Under the pieces are notes generated by a model. It was not told where the DNA came from, did no database searches, and saw only the letters and a list, made by a program, of their open reading frames with translations. A stretch of 64,000 nucleotides of DNA from positions 56,852,066-56,916,065 of the forward strand of contig JAHRHZ010000012.1 in assembly GCA_024137785.1 (NCBI GenBank), written 5' to 3'. The translations under genes were made by a program, and so were the position numbers. Shown piece by piece: positions 14,152 to 27,483 of the stretch. This DNA comes from Ginglymostoma cirratum. Lineage: Eukaryota. The stretch's first letter is position 1; every line of letters starts with the position of its first letter.

Positions 14152-14260
14152 GGCTCTTATGGCACAGTGGTAATATGCCTACCTCTCATTTAGAACACAC
14201 GGGTTCAAGTCCCACTGTTCTGGAGATCTGACATAGCATCCCTGAATAGGCTGTTTAAAA
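14152..14260 (+). mobile_element. short tRNA-derived SINE, family S3 (working name)
   Basis: tggcacagtggtaatatgcctacctct...gggttcaagtcccac; related copies at 20133 and 35730. Confidence 0.65.
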
Positions 14261-15639
14261 AATAAAATCAGTTAACTGGGGAGTTGTTCCGAAGAATACA
14301 ATATTGGGCTGGATTTTCCTGTTGGCCTTGGAACCTTGATGAGGCAGCCACATGAGTGTCTAACACACCTGCCAAAACAATGTTTGGACAGGCGGCCTGC
14401 AAGCTGACCACCTCCGTTCTCACCATCTGAAAAGGGAGAGTGTGCCCCCAGGGCGGCAAGTCCTACCAGAAGTCTTGTAATGATGTTAGACTGGCAGCCC
14501 AGTCTCCAGATTTGAGCGCTGTCAAGGCAGGCAGATAAGCATGAGGGCAGCACAACATGGAGGCGAGATCAGTTGTCTGTATGGAAGCTATAAAATAGAG
14601 GCCAAAACCTGATGGACCATTCACAAATCAAGTTGTATCTTTGGGATATGAAGTGTCCATTTCTGATGGCCCAATGGTTGGCCATTGAAATGATGTCTTT
14701 TTAGATTTATTTTGTAATCACTAGAAAACTGAGATTAACTGGGTATTAATTCAAGGTATTATGGATTTCTATTTGCTGTAGTAATGATGCATTTCAGAAA
14801 GTGAGAAATGAGGAATGATCAATAATGAATGGGGCAATTAAATAACATTGCTTGTAAAAGTAAATTACTTTGTATCTTTGAATCTGTGCTATGTAATACT
14901 GAAATGATTACTTAATAATTAATGTGATTTTGAACTTTAAAAAAGCAGAATTGCAAACTCTAGGCTAGTAAGTGTGACATCTATAATGCTAAGTTATTGG
15001 GTTGTTTCAAAGAAATGATTAAAAATCAATTTTCAAATGCAATAACTATCAGCTGACACGGATTTTCAAATTTCGAACAGGCTAATAAGCTCAGAAAATC
15101 TCTTCCTTTTTGTTAGTACTTTTCCCAAACATTTTTTACTTCCTCCCACCTATAATCTTCTATAGTCAATGCAATAGCCTATAAGAAGACACTGAATAAT
15201 AAAAAAACTTTGAAGTGGGAAAACATTAAGATACTAAAGAATGAAATCTTGACCAAAATGTAGACTGTTACCTAGTGACTATGCTGAGTCAGAGTGTTTG
15301 GATAGAATCATGGCTAAAATACTTAAAAATGTTCTAAGCTACCATTTTAGTTTCAATAGGCTGTTTACTTAATGTCGATCCTATTCTGAATGAAGAGGAC
15401 ATAGTCTAAAATGTGAAACCTAATTACGCCCAATGGAAATAGTGATTACAACAGAAGAGTGAGACTGTTTTTATTTTTTTTACCTCAGCAATACACGTCC
15501 CTTCTTTCCTGAAACTGTCGATTATTTTTTGCATGCATTTCCTCAAGTGTTGGTAACATTGTCTAAATGGCCACTATTTATCTACGTGTCTGGACTTTGA
15601 TTAAATTTCAGAGGTTGTTAGTTTGTGGGGTAACACTAC

Positions 15640-15830
15640 AGCTGAGTCTAATCCTGAATGTCCAGATGCACGATTCCAGTAGGTAGTAATTAGGGGAATG
15701 AAACCTCGGCCGTTTATTTTTCTTAAACTCGGGTCAATTACAGCTTCCCTGCTGCTGCCCTGATTGGAAACAATTAACTCAGGACAGGCTGGGATTGCAC
15801 CTGTGACCTCCTGATCTTTTTGCCTACTCA
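15640..15830 (-). mobile_element. old SINE-like repeat
   Basis: minus strand ggaggtcacaggtgcaatcccagcctgtcctgagtta... has a degenerate B-box-like segment; recalled resemblance to a shark SINE-like repeat. Confidence 0.4.
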
Positions 15831-17409
15831 CTAAGTAAACCAGAAAAATCATCAGAGAAAAGCTATGATTGCATCTAATAGCTTCCTAGCCACTTACTTA
15901 AATGGGAAGTGATTATTTATGAGACAAGAATGGCAAGTTCTCTGACTTTAGACAGAACGCCCAAAAATATCTGTTCTGAGAGATTGACTTCTCTAAGGGG
16001 AAATTTAAGATTATACAGCCAGTATCCACTGAGGCAAAAAATAAAATTGAGACCAAGTATTTTCCTACAACAACTAACACCTGTTGCTGCAAATTGTTGC
16101 TACAATGAGAAAGACAATTGATCATCCAGTCTTAGAGTGCTTCACACACAGAGTTGTGAGTGAAGCACTGTAACCTTCAGAAAAGGTGATGATTTGGCAT
16201 ATAACTATGTACCACACTGTAATTTGTTCTTCAGATCAATGAATTGTTTTTTCTCCACCCCATTTGTCTCTCTTTCCATTATTTAGAGGCTATTTGCTAC
16301 GGTCCTGATATCCCACAATAATTATTAGACTATAGTAAGTTGCTGACAAAGTTTCACAATTTTATATTGATGTTTCAGAAATGATGGATTCCGAACAATA
16401 ACAAATCATTGAAACTAGTTACTTGCCTTAGTTATGATACACTTGTTAGATTTCTGGTGAGATTACGGTAGACTACCAACAAGATGTAAATTGAGGTCAA
16501 ATTTTCAGAGTGTGGCCATGAGATTCTAAACTTTCACTCCCATCCCAGGCCTGATATTTTATTCAGTTAGGAATCAGGGTGCAGGAAGCATACTTACAAC
16601 CCACTGTGGCTCATTTCATTGTAGGGATAATCACTTATCATTGCCATTCTGCCATTATTTTAATGGCATTGGACCAGCTTCTTAATGGCACTTGATTCAC
16701 AGCCATTCACACAACTTGTGAACCAAAGTCTGGAGTCAGCGTGTCCTCCCACACCATATATCTATGTTCTTACATTCCATCCATGCACCCATACCCTTTC
16801 TATGGACGTCCATGTTGTTTATGCCCATTATCCAATTTGCACCATAGGACCAATAAGCCATATAAGAACAAAGGCAAATCATGAAATGAGTTGAAAGGAA
16901 ATCCATTCATCATCATCTTTTAAGAAAAATCCAGTGCTTTCACTTAGAGGTGGTAATCAGGCAGAGCCATTATAAGTAATAGTAAATTTATCTCACCTCT
17001 ACCTTAGTCCAGATAAACATATAGAAATTGAAGCAAACAGTTACAAGAAAGAAAAGCTTATTATAACTGCAAAGGTATCCATCAACAAAACCACAAACTC
17101 TATTTCCACCTGTGAAAACTGACTCCCTGCTCAGCTAAACCATTAGTGTTTCTTGGAGGTTAACCAAGCATTCGTAATGGGATTATCTGAAGAAATAGAA
17201 TCTGTCGATGTAGTTCGCCAGTGATGTGTACTAAGAAATAAGTCTAAAATGATAATGAAAATATGCATTGACAGAGTGAGCAATCAGAACAGTATCAAAG
17301 TAGACATGTTTAAACAATGATATCTCACTGTCATTTTACATAATGTAGTGCTCTGATGTAGAGGAAGGATGGTGCACAGATTTCTTCTGACTGAACAGTT
17401 CTTCAATTG

Positions 17410-17795
17410 TAATATTCTCATCTTTATTTACAAATCCCTCCACTAGCTTGAACCTCAACATTTCTATCATTTCCACCAGCTTTAGAACTCTGCACCCCAC
17501 CAATTCTGACTTCTATACATCTCCGATGTTAATTATTTAACAAATTGTGGCTGTGTATTATTCTGTCATGGCTGTAAGTTCCAAAATTCCCTTTATAAAT
17601 CTGTATATCTCTCGAATTCTCTTTCCTTTTAAGAAGCTCCTTAAAAATGATCTCTGACCACTCTTCGGTCATCTGTCCTAATATTTCCTTATGTGCTTTT
17701 GTATCTAAGTTGTTTGACAATTGATAATCCTGTGATGTACCCTGAAATATCTTACTGTGTTAAAGATGGAATACATTTTCAAACAATTGTTGTCA
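17410..17795 (+). mobile_element. L2-clade LINE 3' end
   Basis: ctcatctttatttacaaatccctccac (LIFIYKSLH) followed by degenerate L2-like C-terminal sequence and a tgttaaag...ttgttg tail. Confidence 0.6.
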
Positions 17796-18139
17796 TTGAA
17801 TAATAGCTAGAAACAAATTGATATAATACTGTTTAAAAGTTTACCCTTTGTACATTGAAGTTAGCAATCAATATTGATTCATTACAGAGCATTTGAAGCA
17901 TTTTAGAAAGTGAGAAGGAGTAGATAGAAAATGCTGACAAGAGGTATGGGTAAGCATCACCAGACTACAAGTTTAGAAAGGATAAAGAGGAATAAAGCAA
18001 TTGTGTGAAGAAATACAACATAATACAGCATAGGAACAGGATAATGGAGTCTAATTTAGAATCTAGTCTCAAAAGGGCCAGATACATATATTTCCAATAA
18101 TCAAGAAATAATGTCATTCGGATTTTCTAACAAAGAGTC

Positions 18140-18580
18140 GCAGAGACAAAGAGAACGGAAACAGGCCCTTTGGTCCAATCAAATCCATGCTGAACATAAT
18201 CCCAAACTAAATTAGTCCCACCAGCCTGCTCCTGGCCCATTTCCCTCCAAAACTTTCTTATTCAGGTACTTATCCAAATGTCTTTTAAATGTTGTAATTG
18301 TACTGCATCCACTACTTCAATCTAGAAGTTCATTCAACATGTGAACCAACTTCTGTTTAAAAAAATTGCATCTTATGTTTTCTTTAAATCCTTCTCCTCT
18401 TACCTTAGAAATGTGTCCCCTAGTCTTGATGTCACCCATCCTAGGAAAAAGACAACTATCATTAACTCTGTCTATACTCCCCATTAGGTGACAAACTTCT
18501 ATAAGATCACCACTCAACCTCCTACACTCCAGTGAAAAAAGTTCCAGCCTATCCAGCCTTTCCTTATAACTCAAACCTTC
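18140..18580 (-). mobile_element. CR1/HER1-like LINE 3' end
   Basis: EGLSYKERLDRLELFSLECRRLSGDLIEV...KTRGH (ORF 18317-18691) plus acaggccctttggtcc tail. Confidence 0.9.
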
Positions 18581-19419
18581 GATAATATGATAAAAGAAAT
18601 ATACCACGAACAAAAATTTAATACAGTTATCACTTGTAGGTTCCTTAAAGATTGCTATCTGTGCAAAGAAGTCAAATAGGTTAACAATCACCTTAGTTGT
18701 AATGATTGATGTGTCAGAATTCTCACTAAAATCATAAAATTTGGTTTATCAGAACTTGTTTATGATCTTAGTAGAAATTATTGCAGCATATTTACAATTT
18801 CATTGTAATATGTAAAATCTGTAGAGTTTCTCTCATGTAAAGCTGTGAAGAATATTTGCAAATGTTGACATTATTCTGGTGGAACTCTGTCTTTTTAAAT
18901 TTTCTAATTTTGATGCCAACTGAAATCTCATGATATTGGAGTATGCAATTAAATTGTTTTAATGTTTACTGATAAAATACATCTATATACTACTCATGCA
19001 GATGTTGAATAAGGTAAGCTACATCTGGATCTACTTAATTGCATATTAATACATATTAAATGTTATTAAATGCCCTGTTCAGGTATTTAGAGGAAAAAAA
19101 AACTAGTTCAAACCATCTCTAAACTGATATTAGCAGGTAAAATGTTAGCAAGCTCCAGGCAGGTTGCCTAAATTGAAAGTAAAACTAATCAGCCAATGTC
19201 ATTTCCTCCAAAACTGTATGTGACATTGTTTAAGAAATAATTCCATTTGGAGTAATTTCCCCAATTTTCCTGATCTTTGTTTGAAGTCTTACATATGTGA
19301 GATGACACCAGTTTTTTGGCAAGTTAAATAAATTCTGAATAGTTCTTTCAAGTAGAAGAAATAATTGAACTGAAACAAAATCAACTTTAAAATCAATATT
19401 TTTTCTTGCATCGGATGTC

Positions 19420-19585
19420 ATTTATTGTACTTGAGAAGGTGATGATGAGCTGTCTTCTTAAACAATGGCAGTTGATGTAGTGGAGTTTCACCCACAGTGC
19501 TGTTTGAGAGGAAATTCCAGGGTTTTGACCAAGTGACATTGAAAGAACAATGATATAGTTCCAAGACAGTATAGTGTGGGAGTTG
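19420..19585 (-). mobile_element. 3' tail of the LINE family also at 44305 and 32575
   Basis: cttgagaaggtgatgatgagctgtcttcttaaac...ggaaattccagggttttgacc. Confidence 0.55.
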
Positions 19586-19587
19586 AA

Positions 19588-19990
19588 CCATAGAATTGCT
19601 GTGAGCAGAAGGAGGCTATTCCGTCCATTGGGTCCCCAGCAGCTTTCTGAATGAGTTTAATGGCTAAGTGCCAATCGTTTACTTTATCCCCATAATTCTG
19701 AAAGTTCTTATATTTTAAATAGACATCTAATGCCCTCTTGAATGCTCCAGTTGAACCTGTCTCCACTCACTTCCAGACAGTTTGTTCTGGACCCTAACTG
19801 CTATGTGGAAAATGCTTTTTCGCATATCACATTTGTCACTTTTGCAAACTACCTTGCATCTGTACTCTTTTGTCCTCAATCCACTTATGAGGGAGGACAG
19901 ATTATCCCTACCTATTCTGTGCAGTCCACCCATGAATTTGAAATATCTATCAAATCTCCTCTCTGAGGAAAACAGCTTCACCTTCTCCAG
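19588..19990 (-). mobile_element. CR1-clade LINE 3' end
   Basis: KLFSSERR...METGSTGAFKRALDVYL in minus frames; tail agaaggaggctattccgtccat. Confidence 0.8.
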
Positions 19991-20132
19991 ATGGATGTTT
20001 CTCTGTTATGAAGATAGTTACCATTTAATTTGGTCTGTGAGATTCCCTAACAGAACGGTTGATGGGTATATAGGTTAATTGGGAGTTAATTGTTTGTATA
20101 AATAAGGGGAGCTAATAATCAGTGGAATGAAA

Positions 20133-20233
20133 GGACTTTTGTGGTGCAGTGGTAATGTCCCTGCCTCTGGACTAAGAGGCTTGGGTTTCAAGTCCTTTCT
20201 GCTCCAGAGGTGTGTAATAACATCTCTGAACAG
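20133..20233 (+). mobile_element. short tRNA-derived SINE, family S3
   Basis: gtggtgcagtggtaatgtccctgcctctggac...gggtttcaagtcc. Confidence 0.65.
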
Positions 20234-20784
20234 ACATATATATCTTTTTAAGCAGTGGGGTGGGTTTTACAGAGTGCCGTTAACTGAAGCAAGTGTTGAT
20301 TTAAACTCTTCAAATAACGTTATTCTCTAGTGTACAGCATTAGTGGCAGAGGATGGTTCAGTCTAAATGTAAAGTTTCGGAGTACGATGCTGCCTCCTGT
20401 ATTCTGAAAATGAGCCTTATGTGCAGTGGGTAAATTGAATTACAATTTGGCCTGGGTTACCCCTTTATCAAAGGGGTAACAAGGTATGGCCTTAGCATTT
20501 TGTTACCATACAGATGCAAGACAAGAAATAAGTCTGTTTTCAGAATTGGAACTTCATGATTAAAACTAAGATAAATGTTTGGACAACTTGCTAATTTTCA
20601 TGGATAACATTTATCAAAAGAATGATCTATTTATCACGTATAAGACGTGATCAGATTTTGACAAATTTTGAAGCACTATAGATGAGTACATAGTGAATTC
20701 AGTAGATTGCATGCAAAACTGAAAAAATTCCCCAAACTGTGCTGCCATTTAAGTTATTGAATGTATCAAAGTGTTAAGTGTGGA

Positions 20785-21021
20785 CAAAAACAAAAGTTGC
20801 TGGAAAAGCTCAGCAGGTCTGGCAGCATCTATGAAGGAAAATCAGAGTTAACGTTTCGGATCCAGTGACCCTTCCTCAGAACAGTTCTGGGGAAGGGTCA
20901 CTGGACCCAAAACGTTAACTCTGATTTTTCTTCACAGAAGCTGCCAGTCCTGCCGAGCTTTCCCAGCAACTTCTGTCTTCGTTCCTGACTTACAGCATTC
21001 ACAGTTCTTTCGGTTTTTATC
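20785..21021. mobile_element. fold-back pair of subfamily B Penelope-like repeats with 9-bp TSD
   Basis: inverted arms meet at about 20882; minus copy ctgagga-a-gggtc-actg-gatcc-gaaacgtt intact; flanking direct repeat aagtgtgga at 20776-20784 and 21022-21030. Confidence 0.85.
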
Positions 21022-22689
21022 AAGTGTGGATGGTTTTCTAGTTTTGATGGGGATTAAATTTGCAATAGATGTACTGGAGCTGGAAACACCGACAAAATTG
21101 CCAGGAAAGCATTCCTTTACAATGGCATTTAGAGCATGAAGTGGTTATTTGGTGACATAACTGAAAATGGAGGATACCGATTGGCTTCATGCCTTGATAC
21201 GGGTTGCAGGCAACGGTAGAGAAGTAGAACTGCAAATAAAGAAAAAAGGGCAGAAATGCAGCTGATAACTTTGAGAAATGAAGAGAATTTGGTATTTACA
21301 ATAAGCGATTGAATCCCAGAAATGTTTGTGTAGTCAATCAATGCTTCAGATGCAACTCAAAGTACCACTATTCCCTGAACTTCCCAAATGATATAATAAA
21401 GTGTTCTAAGGAAAACGTAAAATGGAAGATGAGGGTGGAGATACAGGTCAAAGAGGGGGCATTGTATTGGTCACAAGATTCAGACAGGTAATGAATATAT
21501 TATTGGCAGCATCACACTATGGGTGTGTGTCTGCAATAGGTAGAACAGACAGACCAAAATCCTACCTAGACTCTGAATCAAAATGATTGGGATGAAGTTA
21601 AGGAATTCTATGGTTCCACTGGTTTCAGATTGGGGTGATAACACTAAATTTTTTGAAAAGTGTAATAATTCCTCATAAAATTGCCCGAATCAATAATTTT
21701 AGTAACATGCATGTAGTGTCCAGTGAAATACCCTTGCTGTCAATTAGGTCATTGAAGAAGAAAACACAGATGAAAATGGATATGGAAAACAGCGAAGGCT
21801 GGAGATAGAAACTGCAAGAGGATAATAGTAGAAAGCTGGATTTGGAGGGGATGGTGAGGTTGCAAAGCAGGAGAAACAGTTATAAATTTATAGACAAAAG
21901 ATTGATGAGCTTTTTGGGAGCCAAGAAAATTTCATATTACTGAGATAATGAATTCAGTGAAAATTAATGTGGAACCTCTACTTTAAGACTGCATAAATTC
22001 AAAATTTCAGTTAAGGCAGAAATATAGTGGATGCTATTATAATGAACGCTGTCTCAATTGCTGAAATTAATCTCAGATGAGATTTAAGATACAATAAATG
22101 GGTGGTAACTGTCTGGTTAAAATATTCTACCTTTGTGCATTTGTACTAGAAATGTGTTACCTGTCTATGGAAAGCATGTTTAGGATCATTTGTTTTCAAT
22201 TATATTTACAGTGTGTTATTTTGGGAAAAAAGTTGATAACTTATGCTTGTTGGCTTGTGACAACTTGAGTGCTGTGGTATCTAAAATTTAAATGGTTTCT
22301 GTGTGTTGTGGCTTCAAGGTTAATACAGGCATAATAATACAGGATATTGATGAATTCTATTTCTGTGTGAGTCCAAATGTCCAATATGAGAACTCAAATG
22401 CAGATGTATTGTTTAAACAAGACTGCAGCACGTAATGAGTAAGTTAGTGAGAATGAAAAAGGAGTCTCTGAAATTCAGAAAGTAGTCCAACAATCAAAAT
22501 ATAGCCCTCCAGAACATATAATAAAGAGTTCTTTAACAAAAAAAGAAACTGGTAGTGCAAATGCAATTTCTGATCAACAGTAATTGTCTGTCGCTTATGC
22601 GGTATGAATGTTAGTTGTCACTTACCAGAAAAACCCTGAATATTGTCCAGGTATTGCTGCATGAACTGCTTCAGTTTTTTTTTTGTTGT

Positions 22690-22880
22690 TTCATTTATGA
22701 GATGTGGATGTTGCTGGCTGGATCAGCATTTATTGTCCATCCCCTATTGCCATTGAACTGAATAGCTTGCACTGAATAGCTTGCAAGGGCATTTCAGAGG
22801 GCAGTCAAGAGTTGAACACATTGCTGTGTGTCTGGAGTCATATTGGAAGCCAGACCAGGTAAGAATTGCAGGTTTCCCTG
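22690..22880 (-). mobile_element. SINE family S2 3' half
   Basis: gcatttattgtccatccc...atttcagagggcagtcaagagtt...ccagaccaggtaag; contains a 14-bp tandem duplication at 22757-22784. Confidence 0.65.
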
Positions 22881-23589
22881 ACCGTGGATGCACACATCAT
22901 AGGCAGTGAGCCCAGATCATTCCTACTCTGCATGAAAAAAAATGTACTTCTTAACATTCCTCCTGCACCTCTTTTAAATCCAAGTTTTAAATCCATGTCT
23001 ACCATTCCTTACAATTAGCTAATGGGAAGCATTTTTCCTTGTCTACCCTGTCTAAGTATGTCATAACTTTGTATACCTTTATTAAATTTCCCCTCTGTAT
23101 GCTGTTTATTTTTATCAATATTACTGAATCATTGGTACATTCAAATTCCTATTAAATCCCATCTTGTCTACCCATTCTGCTCACCTCTTTAATTCTTGTT
23201 TGGAGGCAATTCCTATCATCCTCACTGTTTGCCATTCCTCCCAAGTTTGAAATTATGGGCAATTTCAAGCTGTACTTTTTGTGGTTATGCATCAAAGCTG
23301 AGTATCTAACTACACCATTCGGTTCTCATGATGAACTGAATAGAACAAGCATTGAGGTTTACTAAGTGAAAGCAGAAAATATGAAACTGAATGAGAAAAT
23401 ATTTACTTCTTTGGGTTTTTTTAGTATAAATACAATATGTATTTACCAATATTTTAATTATCATTGTTATTTGTCTTGTCATTATTAAGGTGTTGCTACA
23501 TCTTGGACCTCTTACTGATAGCTATCAACTCAATGAGTGAGGTGTAGGACCAACACAGCATCTCCAAGGAGAGATCTAGGTACCCTCAA

Positions 23590-26260
23590 GGCCTGAAAGC
23601 CTAGATGCAAGATCTGAAAAAAGGGTGTAATCAAGAAAGTGACGGCTCCTATAATCTGGGCTATCAGCAAACAAACAACGAAACAATCGAGAAAACTGAG
23701 ATTATTACTTCCAAAGGATCTCAATAAAGCTTTGTAGAAATCTTACAAACACACACCAAGCATTGGAGACATTTTGTCACAACTTGCCAAAGCAAAGATT
23801 TAACTCCCATCAAATGCAGAGGGTAATTACTAGGAGGCAGGATGAAAGCGGTAGTTCTCTGACTACATTCCGAATGTCATTTGGGAGACACTGATGGTTA
23901 CGTATGTTGTTTAGCAGTTCCACTGCTCCAGAAGAGTACAAACGCAAACGGCATGAGATAATTAATGATCTTCCTTTAATGGACACTACCGTTGGTGATC
24001 TATTATTGTTGTAGCTATGAGGATTCAATGGAAGAAGCTATTACAGACCAGCCTCAGAACCTGCTGCAAGTGATAGCGCTCACCAGCTGAATCTGAGGCT
24101 GTACAAAAAAGAAGATGCAATTGAAGTTGTTTAAACTCCAGTATATAGGTAAATACATTATCCGGAGACTAACAAAATAGGTGCTTTAGAGGAGGTGCAA
24201 CAATCAATGGATGTGAAAACATTATAATGGTTTGTTGGACACATGAACTATTTTGTAAAGTTTGTGTCAAATTTGGCACTAGAGTATTAACCTCCACAGA
24301 ACAAAATGCAGATCTAATCAGAATCAAACAATTAGTAGTGATTATGCCAATGCTGAGGTACTTTAGCGTCAATAGTGAAATCACCTCTTGAGACAGGACT
24401 TAGAGAAATTCTAATGTGGCAAGGTCAACCAGTTGAATTTACATCCATGGCATTAATATAAGGTGAATGACACCCTGCTCGGATTGAGAAAAAGTGATTG
24501 GTTATTACCAATGCTTGTGAGCATTTTAATCAATACCTGTTTGGGAGACACAAAGTAGGAGTGGAATCTGTCCAAAAGACACTTCAAACCTTCCTCAAAC
24601 TATCAGCAAAGAATGTTACTTAATTTGCAAGGATATCATCTGGACATGATATCAAAGCAAGGAAAACCAGTGTACATTATTTACGTTGTTGACAACATCA
24701 CATCCTATGCAAAAAGGTGAAGTCGTTACAACAGTGTGAAATTTTCCAGAATCAACAAAAAGCAACATTTTGACATGACCTAGAAGTCAACAACACAGGA
24801 GAGACATTGAATCTGAAAGACAAGCATCTTGCACAAAGCAAACAATTTATGGAACAGGACTCAACTCTCCAAGCGCCACAGTAAATAGTGATTAAAGGAT
24901 GACCTGAAAGTATCAAAAACACACTTTGTTTCCATAAGAGTGTTGGAAATTGAGATGAGGTGATAACTCAAGATGACCTCTCATGCAAAGAAAAGAGTGT
25001 CATATGTCGAAGGAGATAAGTAAAGAAGTGTTGAAGTACATCCTGCAAGACATTGAAGATTTGAGTTGAGTCTGAGGAAAGTAAGAGACATGCTATTGGC
25101 CAACTATGAGCAATGAGATTGAGGAGCACATCAGCCATGGCAATATTTGTAAAGAATGCCAAGGTGAGCAAGCTTAAAAAGCTGCTTATGATATATCACA
25201 TCTCAGACATGCAATAATTAAAGCTTGGAGTAGTCCTCTTCACTATCATAGGAACTGATTATCTTGTCATGATTGACTGTTCTGACTGCAAGACTGGCTA
25301 ATGTCAATGATCAAGTGAGATTATAGCATGTTTGAAAGAGTGTACAAGTCATACAGTTATACAACATGGAAACAGATCCTTCGGCCTAGCTTGTCCTTGC
25401 TGTTCATGCATCCCAATCTGACTTAGTTCCATCTGCCAGCATTTGGCCTTTATGCCTCTAAACCCTTCCTATTCATGAACCCATCCAGATGCCTTTTAAA
25501 TTTTGTAATTATACGCACCTCTACCACTTCATCTGACAGCTCATTCTATGCATGCTCTATCCTCTGCATGAAAATATGATCCCTCAAGTCCTTTTTAAAT
25601 CTTTCCCCTCTCACCTTAAACCTATGGCCTCTAGTTTTGCACTCCCCTACCCTGGGTAAATGACCTTGGTTATTCACCCTATCCATGCCCCTCATGGTTT
25701 TTTCAAACCTCTATAAGGTCACTCCTCAGCCTCCTAACAGCATTCCAGATATTGTGTCGATTGTCAAATGTACAACAATCATGTGTGAGGTATTCAGCCA
25801 CTTTGTAAAGTATCAGAAATTCAACACCATACATCTCCAAAGTAGCTTCAATCAAATGGAATAGCTAAAGTAGCAGTGAAATTTGCCACAGGGATCATAA
25901 ATAAATAAATTTCTCAAATCCAGCACAGACATGTGAAAAATTCTTAAGTGGCAATACGCACCTATTGATAGCATGGAAATAATTCAATCCAAAGACTAAT
26001 GTCAAATCATAACCAAATTGTTCTTCCAAAAGTGAAAAATTACTGAAGGCGCAAATAGTGACTGGCCTTTGTGATAAAATCAAGGTGAAATTACAGAGTC
26101 AAATTTCACTTTGGCTCCAGCAATGATTTGGCAGTTTTAAGTTCAAATGTTTAATACCCTTAACAAAAGTCAGCCCATATGGCTGAGACCTGTGCAGAGC
26201 TGTTTTCACTTCAATCATATGTAATGAATGTGCACAACCAGGTATGACGTCCCAAACACA
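23590..26260 (+). mobile_element. decayed Gypsy LTR-retrotransposon pol (RT, RNase H, integrase)
   Basis: interrupted translation gives RT (LTTF..FGR...LRM.F..STAPEEY, about 23860-23940), RNase H (QGQPVEFTS.AL...IEK....ACEHFNQYLFG, 24420-24545) and integrase (KLGV.LFT..GTDYLV; SP...QSNGIA..AVK, about 25220-25885); Gypsy domain order. Confidence 0.85.
25348..25734 (-). mobile_element. CR1/HER1-like LINE 3' end nested in the Gypsy integrase
   Basis: reverse-complement similarity to 34341-34928 (ctttcccctctcaccttaaa; ctctataaggtcac). Confidence 0.88.
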
Positions 26261-26689
26261 GAAATCTATGTACAACTACAGAACCAATCTTTTCCAGCAG
26301 GCAGTGAATCAGTACGAAGTGATCTCAACCCCCACACAGAGTACCAACTGACCATCAGTACCAAAGGTCCACCAACCTCCAATGATGGAAATGGATCAGC
26401 AACAAACGTTACCACAACAACAGCTGTTGCCACAACAATGGCATTCCGTGGAGAAGGACATCAAAGTAATTGTTACAACTGTTAGTGTTTCTGATGGTAT
26501 GGAGATTTCCCAATTGAGTGTGTAGGCTGAGCAGAGGCAAGCAGGGTTCATAGGACTGAGAGGGGAAGGTGAGAGCGCGTGATGGAAGATGTAATAGGTC
26601 ATAGTGTGAGTGATAGAACATGATTCTGAGGGCGCTGGTGCAGATATAGACTGAGTGTGAGGTATTAGAGAGAGAATGGTGTAATATAC

Positions 26690-26910
26690 ATGACAGAATG
26701 GAGCAGGTTACTGACCTTCTTCCTATAATGCTGTACATTCCTCTAGGTTATGGAGATTGTTTTAACCTGGGTGGCAACATCAGACCAAGCTGGCTTGGGC
26801 TAGTGTCTCGGCCTTCAGTACTTGTACTGGGGAAAGTGAAAGTTCTGCCTCTGCACCAGCCAATCCAGCAAGATCTCCAGGTCTCTGAGGCAAAGTGTGG
26901 TGTTGATATT
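26690..26910 (-). pseudogene. PIF/Harbinger Myb/SANT-like ORF remnant
   Basis: RDLEILLDWLVQRQNFHFP...AWSDVATQV...RNVQHYRKKVSNLL with internal stops; trihelix Myb/SANT-like pattern. Confidence 0.7.
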
Positions 26911-27208
26911 CCCCGCTGACAAAGTCCAGGCAAATGTCAGGAACTGTGCAGGGCAGCCCCAGGCTGGTAGTTCTTGTCTGGGGCACACCAAGCTTTTAAA
27001 GATGGTGTGAGCATAAGGGAAGCTGGTTAATTCCAGGATATTCCAGTAATGAGAAGCTGTGGTAAGATAGGGCTGGAATTGGACATGAGGGAACAATAGG
27101 GGCAGGGTAGACAGTAATGAGCTGTGTTTGGTGAGATGCAATGAGAACTCACTGGGCCACGTAGTGCCAAAACACTCTAAAAAATTCAAAGCAACTGGAA
27201 TTTGCATT

Positions 27209-27290
27209 TAAAAACTGGAAGAACTGTGGATGCTGTAAATCAGGAACAAAAACAGAAGTTGCTGGAAAAGCTCAGCAGGTCTGGCGACAT
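27209..27290 (-). mobile_element. truncated subfamily B Penelope-like repeat (no ribozyme core)
   Basis: gaactgtggatgctgtaaatcaggaacaaaaacagaagttgctggaaaagctcagcaggtctggc. Confidence 0.75.
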
Positions 27291-27385
27291 ATTAACAATA
27301 ATTATTTAATAATCAGCCATTCATCAGGGATTAACTCTATGGGTTGATTTATATAAAACAAGAAGTCTTATTTATGAAAGAACAA

Positions 27386-27481
27386 GAGATAACACAGTGT
27401 GGAGCTGGATGAACACAGCAGGCCAGGCAGCATCAGAGGAGCAGGAAAGCTGACGTTTTGGGTTGGGACCCTTCTTCAAAA
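27386..27481 (-). mobile_element. subfamily A Penelope-like repeat, mutated core
   Basis: gagataac...gctggatgaacacagcaggcc...gacgttttgggttgggacccttcttca. Confidence 0.8.
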
Positions 27482-27483
27482 AT

